Shown here piece by piece: positions 1 to 6,770 of a stretch of 16,452 nucleotides of DNA. The notes under the pieces were generated by a model. It was given only the letters and a program-made list of their open reading frames with translations, made no database searches and was not told the DNA's origin. The position numbers and the translations under genes are program-made. Source of the stretch: Ostreococcus tauri (lineage: Eukaryota); NCBI GenBank assembly GCA_000214015.2, contig CAID01000001.2, forward strand, positions 775,461 to 791,912, given 5' to 3'. Each line of letters starts with the position of its first letter. Within the stretch, counting starts at the first letter, position 1.

Positions 1-345
1 GGGGGGGGCGGCGGGGCGGACGAGGACGACGGCCCGGTGAGACCGCGGTCGAGGACGAGCGCGGAGACGTCGCGGGTGCGGTGTGATGGATGTCGGTGCA
101 CGCTGGCGTATCCGGCGGGCGCGGCGGCGGTGCGGTGCGCGGTGTGCGGGACGGTGACGCGGTGCGAGACGGGCGCGGGACGTTTGGACGGCGGACGCGC
201 GGACGACGCGAGCGCCGCTCGAGGTGGTCCCGCGACGACGGCGCTGACGATGGAGAACATGGTGGTGGTGGAGAATCCGCCGACGTTGACGGTGGACGGA
301 CGAGTGGTGACGAACATCGCGGTCGGGGTGAAACTCGACGATTGA
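1..345 (+). CDS. LSD1: LSD1-like zinc-finger protein, C-terminal fragment (5' end lies outside the window)
   Basis: Frame 1 is open from base 1 to TGA at 343-345. It contains a textbook zf-LSD1 motif, CDGCRCTLAYPAGAAAVRCAVCGTVT (CxxCRxxLxYPxGAxxVRCxxCxxVT). The C-terminal tail MVVVENPPTLTVDGRVVTNIAVGVKLDD closely parallels the Arabidopsis LSD1 tail [29 protein letters not shown]. Confidence 0.8.
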   Translation, partial: GGGGGADEDDGPVRPRSRTSAETSRVRCDGCRCTLAYPAGAAAVRCAVCGTVTRCETGAGRLDGGRADDASAARGGPATTALTMENMVVVENPPTLTVDGRVVTNIAVGVKLDD

Positions 346-576
346 CTCGACGGTCGCGGACGAACGACGCGACGGTCGCGACGCCGACGACATTTAGAGT
401 CGGACGTATCGGATTCAATTTTTGTTGTACAGAACCTGATGGTATCTACTTTACAAGCGCGTGAACGAAGCGCGTGTGAAACGCCGCGCGCGTCTAAAAC
501 GTACCGGCGCCGACGCGTTATCCACATCCACTCGGCGTCGCTATAACTTAATGCGTCGCGTGGGGCGTCCCCACGC

Positions 577-1167
577 TCAGAGTCTCTCGATCTCGGCAAT
601 CCTGAACCCAAGCGAGATGTAATTCGACTCGATGTGTCGTATCGCGTTCGGCATGTCCTCGAACTCTGGTTCGCGATTGAACCGAACCAAGAAATTCATC
701 CGCCAGCGATACAACAGTCTCGCCAAACGCACGTGTTCGAGCACGTGTTCCCCCAAAAACGCCTCGTACGCCGACCCACCCGGCGCGTACGCGCTCGCGT
801 CCATCCCCGCCTCTCGATACCTCCCCGCCGTGATCTTCATCGCGCGCAATCGTTCCCCGAACGCCGGATCCGGCGTCGCCCCTCCCATCCGTCCCGTCGC
901 CAACCACGCCCCTCGATACTCGAACCCATCGCTCTCGCTCGCGCTCAACCACCGATCGACCACGGGTGCGGACCCACGTCCCTCGCTCGCCCCCGCGCGC
1001 CCGTCCTCCGCGCGCGCGTCGTACGTCCACTCGTGTCCGAGTTTTTCCCGATGCGTCGGTCGTCGTCCGCGCGTCGCCCCCGTCGGGCGTCGTCCCCGTC
1101 CGTCGTCCGCGCGCGCGCGCACGCGCGTGGACGTCGAGCGCCCGCGCGCGGGCGCCGTCGAGCGCAT
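577..1167 (-). CDS. Hypothetical protein with an Arg/Ala-rich presequence-like N-terminus; family not recognised
   Basis: ATG at 1167 (cat 1165-1167 on + strand), TGA at 577-579, 196 aa. The N-terminal ~45 aa are R/A/T/G-rich, like an organellar targeting peptide. The C-terminal ~140 aa are compositionally normal and rich in aromatics (FEYRGAWLATGRMGG, AYEAFLGEHVLEHVRLARLLYRWRMNFLVRFNREPEFEDMPNAIRHIESNYISLGF), unlike the shadow ORFs around it. Confidence 0.6.
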   Translation of the reverse strand: MRSTAPARGRSTSTRVRARADDGRGRRPTGATRGRRPTHREKLGHEWTYDARAEDGRAGASEGRGSAPVVDRWLSASESDGFEYRGAWLATGRMGGATPDPAFGERLRAMKITAGRYREAGMDASAYAPGGSAYEAFLGEHVLEHVRLARLLYRWRMNFLVRFNREPEFEDMPNAIRHIESNYISLGFRIAEIERL

Positions 1168-1224
1168 GACGCGCGCGGCGAGACGCGACGCGGCGAACGA
1201 CGTCGACGCGCGCGGTGGCCTCGA

Positions 1225-1302
1225 GGTGGATTCGTCTCATACAGTGCGATCGCGGACCTTTTGGGTGGATTCGTCTCATACAGTGCGACCGCGGACCTTT
1301 GT
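1225..1302. repeat. Tandem duplication, period 39 bp, two copies, in the divergent promoter between the 577-1167 gene and SCC3
   Basis: GGTGGATTCGTCTCATACAGTGCGATCGCGGACCTTT at 1225-1261 recurs at 1264-1300 with one mismatch (T1250 vs C1289). The unit is clearly more AT-rich than the flanking GC-rich spacer. Confidence 0.9.
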
Positions 1303-1469
1303 GTGCCGCCCGACGGACGGCGCGACGTCGACGACGCGCGACGCGCGCGCGGCACACGACGCGCGGACGTCGACGAGCGGGGACGAACGTGCGCGCGCGC
1401 GATCGGACGCGGCGCGGCGACGGCGGCGTGAACGGCGACGGTGGACGCGAGGACGTGTCGGGGTGGAGC

Positions 1470-1488
1470 TTTGAAATTTTGAAAATCG
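1470..1488. promoter_or_regulatory. AT-rich TTTGAA dyad (TTTGAAATTTTGAAAATCG) about 90-105 bp upstream of the SCC3 ATG; candidate core-promoter or cis element
   Basis: It is an isolated AT island in a GC-rich spacer. A closely related dyad, TTTGAATTTGAAATCG, occurs at 5754-5769 upstream of the Mis14-like gene. Confidence 0.35.
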
Positions 1489-1574
1489 ACAGACGGGGAA
1501 TCCGTGCGTGAAACGGTGACGCGGTGCCGAGAGCGAGGGCGAGGACGTGGCGCGGAGGCGGGTGAGGGGTACGG

Positions 1575-4500
1575 ATGCCGCCGCGGGCGCGGAAGAGCGG
1601 AGCGTCGGAACCGGTGACGAAGCGAGGAGGGAACGAGAACGCGGATGCGAGCGCGCCGGCGAAAAAGAGCCGAAGCGGAAAGCGAAAGAAGAAGCCGGTG
1701 GTGGAGTCGGAGGCGCTGCGTAATCGAAACGAAAACGCGGGTGCGGTGAGTGATCGAGGCGCGGATGAGGAGGGGGAGGAGGTGAACGGTGATTTGTTTG
1801 ACTTGTTGCGGGTCCAAGGCGCGGCGGTGCTGTTGCTCGCGAACGAGTGGCGGGCGAGGTACAACTCGAGCGATATCACGGCGATCGCCGAGGTGTTCTC
1901 GCTGTTGACCAAAGCGGCGGGATGTACGACGGGCGTGACGGCGATGGAGGTGCAGCGAAGCGACTGCGTGACCATCATGAATCGCGTCATGGAGGACATG
2001 GTGACAGGGAGTCTGTACGGCGAAGATCCGCTCGCAAAGCGTTCGCAAGACTTCAAAGGGTTCCGCGAGAACTTTATGGAGTTTACCGATAAACTCATCA
2101 AAGACACAGCAGAAGGAGAAGAGCTGTTCGACGGTCGGCTGTACGCGTCCGTGGCGGAGATCGTGACCACGTGCGCGCAGTGCAAGGCGCGCCCCATGCG
2201 CGCGGCGGCGACAATGATGGGCTTGCAAATCATCACGAGCTTGATTTCAGTGGTGAACAGCTTGCAAAGCACCCGCGATTTGAAGCAAAACCAGCTGGAT
2301 AATGAAACGAAGAAGAAGAATGGGGTCGATGCTGAAATTGTGAAGAGTTTGAAACGTTCGATTGAAAGCGCTCAGGAGCAAATCGAGCTGGTGGAGAACT
2401 ACATCAACGACATGTTCACCAAGGTGTTCACGCACCGATTCCGCGACACGGACGAGCATATTCGCGCTATGTGCATAGCGTCGCTTGGTAAATGGATGTA
2501 TAAGCACCAGCTCGTGTTTCTTACCGACTTTTACTTGAAGTATCTCGGTTGGAGCCTGAATGACAAGATGCCCGTCGTTCGTTTGGAAGTTTTGAGCGCC
2601 CTCAGAACCTTGGCTTCGAGTCAGTCTCACTTGGCCATGATGGACAGTTTCTTCGCTCGCTTTAGAGATCGCATCGCGGAGATGTTGCGTGATATCGATC
2701 ACCAAGTTGTCGTGGAGGCCATTCGCCTCTCCGCCGTGCTGCACGAACATATCGAGCTGGCACCAGGGCACATGAAGTTTGTCACCACCCTCATAATGGA
2801 CAGGCATCCGTCTATTCGTACCGCCGCGGCTCGGGCGACGAAAACGATCATGCCCGTGCTTAGCGAGACGTATCGCAAGGAGCGCGAGCTTTCGTCCGAT
2901 CATTATGATGCGGCTGAACAGGAGCTTCACGGGATCGCGCAACTCCTGATCGACATCGGCGATGAAAATGGTGGCTACGGCAAGATTATCGATGGTTTGT
3001 TCGGGGTGTACGGCGTGCTGTCCGAACCTGGAACCCTAGTTACGATTCTGAAGGATACGGACATGGAAACGGCCGACGCTGTCATTATTGCGAATATTTT
3101 GGTGTTGGCGATGCGCAAGTCAATGGGCGAAGATGTGTCTAAACCGTTCAGTAAGACGGCCATCAAAATCAGCGCCAAGGCTAGGAACGCGATCGATGCA
3201 GCGCACGAGAAGATCACAAACGAAATCGGCCCGATCATCTCAGAGGCAATGGCGAAATATCAGGCGGAGTCCGGAGTGATTGGTCCGCTCGTCGAAGTGG
3301 TGCACTTCATCAAGCTTGAGCGCTTCGCTTTGAATCATGAAGAAGAACAGTTCACGGCCCTTGCGGAGCAAATTAAGGACATTTTCTTCAAGCACAGCGA
3401 TAAACGCGTGTTGGAGGCGTGTAGTGAGGCTTTCAACTACTTCTGCAATGAAGGCTTCGAGGCGACTGCTCCGTTTGCGCAACCAATTTTGGACAGCACG
3501 ATTCACGATTTGGCTTCTCGAGTTTCAAAGGTGTTGAAGCACGTTCGTGGATTAATGACGAAGGGCGACAAAAACCTTGTGAATGAGGACGAGGGGTACG
3601 CGTTCGAGCTCCGCATGAACTTGAACCGCGTCCGCGCTTTGATCTCGAAGTGTAACATTTCGAGCGGGGTGCACGTAGTGAACGAATTGTCGCAGTTCAT
3701 CTCGGAGGTGGCTCGCTCGCCGATGCCAGCCGGAGAGGAGTCCGTCGCGATGGCGTGCTCTTCGGTGTCGTTTTTCCTCATTTGGCAAGCTCTCGAGCTT
3801 ATGGATAGCGAAACTACGACGGCAACGCGAGTGAACGAACATCTTGCCGAGCGAGACGCCTTTGTCTCCAACATCATGCACATCTTGCGCCGCTCCACCG
3901 ACATGTATCCTGATTCAGACAACCTCAGACGGTCCTTGATTGCGTCCATTTGCGATATGGTTCTGTACTACTACAACGCGAGCACGCTCCCGGCTGCTCA
4001 TCCCGCGCGAAGCTTACAGTTACGCCTTAGTACTGACGACAGCGCGGAGGTTTGGCAGCACACGTCTGCGCTCATCACTCCCGATGACGCGCAAAAAGAT
4101 GCCGATTTGGACTCGGCGCGTTTGGCATACCGCATCTCCATGCACGAAGAGAAAATCGCCGCAAACGGCGCTATCGGCGCAGACTTCTTGTCCAACTTCA
4201 AGATCACCGGACCTTGGGTCGATGCTGCGATTCGTACGTACTGCAACGACTTGCGACGAACTGGCCCCCAAGTGCTCGTGCGCGCCATTCTCACGGCTCT
4301 GCAGAGTGCGTATCACGAAGTGCTCCGAGCAGATCTTGGGAACAGGCAACTTCTTCTCGACGCTTTCGAGGATCTGGCGAAACGGCTGAGCGACATATTT
4401 GCGCTGTCTTCGCGACGTGATCGATTCGTAATTCGCATTCTGTTTGAAGAAGCTGTGGGCTCCATCCTTGTGCCCGAGCCCGTGTACGATCAGTTTTCTT

Positions 4501-4868
4501 TCCTGGCGCGTGGATTAGTACCCTTCCTTCCGAAGCTCTCGGCGGTGGATGGTAAGGCTTTGACGGTCGTCGTTGACAATGCCTTGACGAAAGTGGATAG
4601 CGAAGACGCGCGATCCACTCCTTTGATCGAGTTCTCTGACAAGTTGGCCGCGCGCTCCAAGGGCGCGTCGATGGAACGTCAGCGAAAGCGTGCTCCGTCC
4701 GATCCAGTGGATATTCGATCGCCGTTCAAGGTGTCGAAGACCGTGGATCCAGTAGAGCAGGAAGACGATATCGAAGATGCTGACGAGGGCGAAGCCACGG
4801 CGAATGAGCACACTTTGAATGATGGTCCGGTGGAGGAGAAACCGACTCGCAGCTCTCGACGTCGGTGA
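1575..4868 (+). CDS. SCC3: Cohesin complex subunit SCC3 / SA (STAG) homolog
   Basis: ATG 1575, TGA 4866-4868, 1097 aa uninterrupted. The STAG/SCD signature is present: FTHRFRDTDEHIRAMCIASLGKWMYKHQLVFLTDFYLKYLGWSLNDKMPVVRLEVLSALRTL (compare FVHRYRD..IRA.CI..LG.W......FL.D.YLKY.GW.L.DK...VRL). The body is long and HEAT-like helical, with basic N- and acidic C-terminal tails typical of SCC3. Confidence 0.9.
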   Translation: MPPRARKSGASEPVTKRGGNENADASAPAKKSRSGKRKKKPVVESEALRNRNENAGAVSDRGADEEGEEVNGDLFDLLRVQGAAVLLLANEWRARYNSSDITAIAEVFSLLTKAAGCTTGVTAMEVQRSDCVTIMNRVMEDMVTGSLYGEDPLAKRSQDFKGFRENFMEFTDKLIKDTAEGEELFDGRLYASVAEIVTTCAQCKARPMRAAATMMGLQIITSLISVVNSLQSTRDLKQNQLDNETKKKNGVDAEIVKSLKRSIESAQEQIELVENYINDMFTKVFTHRFRDTDEHIRAMCIASLGKWMYKHQLVFLTDFYLKYLGWSLNDKMPVVRLEVLSALRTLASSQSHLAMMDSFFARFRDRIAEMLRDIDHQVVVEAIRLSAVLHEHIELAPGHMKFVTTLIMDRHPSIRTAAARATKTIMPVLSETYRKERELSSDHYDAAEQELHGIAQLLIDIGDENGGYGKIIDGLFGVYGVLSEPGTLVTILKDTDMETADAVIIANILVLAMRKSMGEDVSKPFSKTAIKISAKARNAIDAAHEKITNEIGPIISEAMAKYQAESGVIGPLVEVVHFIKLERFALNHEEEQFTALAEQIKDIFFKHSDKRVLEACSEAFNYFCNEGFEATAPFAQPILDSTIHDLASRVSKVLKHVRGLMTKGDKNLVNEDEGYAFELRMNLNRVRALISKCNISSGVHVVNELSQFISEVARSPMPAGEESVAMACSSVSFFLIWQALELMDSETTTATRVNEHLAERDAFVSNIMHILRRSTDMYPDSDNLRRSLIASICDMVLYYYNASTLPAAHPARSLQLRLSTDDSAEVWQHTSALITPDDAQKDADLDSARLAYRISMHEEKIAANGAIGADFLSNFKITGPWVDAAIRTYCNDLRRTGPQVLVRAILTALQSAYHEVLRADLGNRQLLLDAFEDLAKRLSDIFALSSRRDRFVIRILFEEAVGSILVPEPVYDQFSFLARGLVPFLPKLSAVDGKALTVVVDNALTKVDSEDARSTPLIEFSDKLAARSKGASMERQRKRAPSDPVDIRSPFKVSKTVDPVEQEDDIEDADEGEATANEHTLNDGPVEEKPTRSSRRR

Positions 4869-4962
4869 ACGGCCGCGGAAACAGTACTTAGGAAACATGT
4901 ACACGCACACACGATGCATCACATAGAAATGTAGGTTGCTTTTGTTACAAGACGATATGACA

Positions 4963-5676
4963 TCACTTTATGGGTATAGGTTGCAACTCGTGCGCCAATC
5001 GCCTGCGAGTCGCGACGTCACCGCCGGGTGCAAGCTCTCCCGTCGCCGGCGTGTCGCCGCCCGCGGGCGCGTTGATGGCTCTCTCGATCGTTCCCGGGGG
5101 CGCGCGCTGTCTTTGAAGGTCCAATTCACCCATGAGCCTACCGAGCTTTGATAAAGCCTCCTGTAATCGAGCCTGAAGCTCGGGCATCTGCGCCAGATTC
5201 GCGTCCAACTCCTTGCGCAGCGCCTCCATCGCCTCGCCGTCCACGCGCGCTTCGGCTCCGCTCGATCCCGCATCGTCATCCTCCCCCTCCGCGCTCTCCA
5301 CCGGTCGAAGTTCCATCAATCGTTCCGCGTAATTCTTCGCCACCTCACCCGGAACCGTCGCGCGCTGTTCCGCCACGCGCGCGCTCAGTTCCGCAACCTC
5401 CGCCTCGAGCGCGTCCAGCTCCGGATCCGCAATCTCACTCTCGCTCACCTTCCTCGCGCCCGCCTCCGCGCCATCACCTTCACACAAAACATTCGCCCGA
5501 ACGCTCCCCAGGACGCGCTCCGTCATCGCGTACAGGTGTCGCTTCAGCGCTTTCGCGCGCGCCTGGTCCCATCCCGGGTCTCGCTTCGCCGCGTCCAGCG
5601 TCTCGAGCACCGCTTCGCACAGCTTCTCCTCGATCTTCGCCAGCTCCTCTCGGGAGCGCACGCGCACTTTCACCAT
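4963..5676 (-). CDS. Coiled-coil protein, probable MIS12-complex kinetochore subunit (Mis14/NSL1-like)
   Basis: The first true ATG is at 5676 (cat 5674-5676). The track start at 5796 is a GTG and its extension is Arg-rich junk. TGA at 4963-4965; 237 aa. The segment VRANVLCEG ... DPELDALEAEVAELSARVAEQRATVPGEVAKNY parallels human NSL1 VQENISING ... EDQFDEIIVDIATKRKQYPRKILE. The assignment is from memory of the family pattern only. Confidence 0.55.
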   Translation of the reverse strand: MVKVRVRSREELAKIEEKLCEAVLETLDAAKRDPGWDQARAKALKRHLYAMTERVLGSVRANVLCEGDGAEAGARKVSESEIADPELDALEAEVAELSARVAEQRATVPGEVAKNYAERLMELRPVESAEGEDDDAGSSGAEARVDGEAMEALRKELDANLAQMPELQARLQEALSKLGRLMGELDLQRQRAPPGTIERAINAPAGGDTPATGELAPGGDVATRRRLAHELQPIPIK

Positions 5677-5753
5677 CGCCGCCGCGCGCGATCGACCGCC
5701 GCGAGCTCGACGCGCGTCGCGCCCTCGCGCGCGGCGACGGACGCGCGCGGGGA

Positions 5754-5769
5754 TTTGAATTTGAAATCG
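5754..5769. promoter_or_regulatory. AT-rich TTTGAA dyad (TTTGAATTTGAAATCG) in the Mis14-like/DUF4079 divergent promoter
   Basis: It lies 78-93 bp upstream of the minus-strand ATG at 5676 and about 140 bp upstream of the plus-strand ATG at 5910. It resembles the element at 1470-1488. Confidence 0.35.
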
Positions 5770-5814
5770 TTCCCCTGCGTCTGTCTCCGAGTGCACGAAT
5801 GCGGACTCGTGGTA

Positions 5815-5829
5815 TGAGTCAATGACTCA
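5815..5829. promoter_or_regulatory. Perfect 15-bp palindrome TGAGTCAATGACTCA, i.e. two abutting TGAsTCA (AP-1/GCN4-type bZIP) heptamers
   Basis: Base-by-base check: 5815-5821 is TGAGTCA, 5823-5829 is TGACTCA, symmetric about A5822. It lies in the 233-bp divergent spacer, about 80 bp upstream of the DUF4079 ATG. Confidence 0.4.
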
Positions 5830-5909
5830 AGACGGAGAGACACCGATCCGTCGACGTCACCGCGTCGCCCCGACACACCCTCGCGCGCGTTCGAGGGCGC
5901 ACGCGCGAG

Positions 5910-6698
5910 ATGGCCGCGCGCGCGATCGCGGGAACGACGCCGACGCCGCGCGCGCGATGCGCGGCGTCGCGCGCGACGCGCGCGGGACGACGCGCGCGCG
6001 CGATGCGCGACGGTGGCGACGTCATCGAGACGGCGCGCATCGAGGCGGACGGTGACGCGCGCGCGCGCGCGGCGGTGAGCGCGTTGGCGCTCGTCGGTGC
6101 GACGGCGGTGATGCCGGAGGCGGCGCACGCGGCGGGTGGGGCGTACGGGTTGTTCGAGGGCAGAACGTTGGCGCTGTTGCACCCGGCGGGTTTGGCCGGG
6201 TTGTACGGCGTGACGCTCTACGCCGGGTGGCTCGGCTTGCAGTGGCGTAAGGTGCGCACGGTCGGTGACGAGATTTCGGCGTTGAAGAAGACGATGCCGG
6301 CCGACGCCGACGCCGCGGCCGGAAGCGCGGCGGCGAAGCAGATGGACGAGCTCACGGCGACGAGAAAAGAACTCATCGCGGGTAAGTTCAAGGATAAGCA
6401 CGCGAACGCCGGGTACTTGCTCCTCGCCATGGGGGTAACCCTCGCGGTTGAAGGTTGCGTGAACACGTACTTGCGCACCGGTAAGCTCTTCCCGGGCCCG
6501 CACCTCTTTGCGGGCGCGGGGATCACCGTCCTCTGGGCCATGGCGGCCGGTTTAGTGCCGGAGATGGAGAAGGGCAACCAAAAGGCGCGCGATTTGCACA
6601 TCGCGTTGAACTGCGTCAACGTTGCCCTCTTTACCTGGCAAATTCCCACCGGTTTGGAGATTGTTGGCAAGGTTTTCCAGTTCACTTCTTGGCCGTAG
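5910..6698 (+). CDS. DUF4079-family multi-pass membrane protein (plastid/thylakoid type) with an N-terminal transit-peptide-like region
   Basis: ATG 5910, TAG 6696-6698, 262 aa. It has four or five hydrophobic helices. The family-typical C-terminus is present: GKLFPGPHLFAGAGITVLWAMAAGLVPEMEKGNQKARDLHIALNCVNVALFTWQIPTGLEIVGKVFQFTSWP. Confidence 0.8.
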   Translation: MAARAIAGTTPTPRARCAASRATRAGRRARAMRDGGDVIETARIEADGDARARAAVSALALVGATAVMPEAAHAAGGAYGLFEGRTLALLHPAGLAGLYGVTLYAGWLGLQWRKVRTVGDEISALKKTMPADADAAAGSAAAKQMDELTATRKELIAGKFKDKHANAGYLLLAMGVTLAVEGCVNTYLRTGKLFPGPHLFAGAGITVLWAMAAGLVPEMEKGNQKARDLHIALNCVNVALFTWQIPTGLEIVGKVFQFTSWP

Positions 6699-6770
6699 GC
6701 GACGCATAGAGCAGTGAACCTCGTGCTTCTAATTCATTTGTTTCCAAACTACAACTGCTAGTGCGCCTAA

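Noticed and set aside
348-380. An 11-bp direct repeat, CGACGGTCGCG, at 348-358 and 370-380 in the LSD1 3' region.
   Set aside because: It is short, made of the locally dominant CG/GAC-type composition, and has no obvious structural or positional logic. It is noted only for completeness.
558-576. An 8-bp stem, 3-nt loop hairpin (GCGTGGGG-CGT-CCCCACGC) directly abutting the stop codon of the 577-1167 gene.
   Set aside because: It could be a 3'-end element, but a single short GC hairpin is easy to find in GC-rich sequence. Eukaryotic mRNAs do not use rho-independent terminators, and no similar structure appears after the other stop codons.
1540-1556. An E2F-like GGCGCG core (cgtggcgcggagg) just upstream of the SCC3 ATG.
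   Set aside because: It lacks the T-run of the TTTSSCGC consensus, and a GC-only core is not informative in this background.
548-2272. Very long minus-strand ORFs (548-2272 at 574 aa; 945-2228 at 427 aa) and plus-strand ORFs (632-1474, 634-1431) overlapping the first spacer and the 5' end of SCC3.
   Set aside because: The translations are Arg/Ala/Pro/Ser low-complexity strings typical of out-of-frame or antisense reading of GC-rich DNA. They overlap the well-supported 577-1167 gene or SCC3, or run through the divergent spacer between them. None contains a recognisable motif.
6381-6387. A consensus-looking 5' splice site, GGTAAGT, at 6381-6387, and GGTAAGC near 6479-6485, inside the DUF4079 gene.
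   Set aside because: The ORF reads through both in frame and encodes family-conserved sequence (IAGKFKDK; RTGKLFPGPHLFAGAG). No intron is needed for any of the 14 gene models.
5670-6503. A 277-aa minus-strand ORF antisense to the DUF4079 gene, and a 225-aa plus-strand ORF (5148-5825) antisense to the Mis14-like gene.
   Set aside because: These are shadow ORFs. They have Arg/Pro-rich composition and no motifs, and the opposite strand carries the conserved protein.
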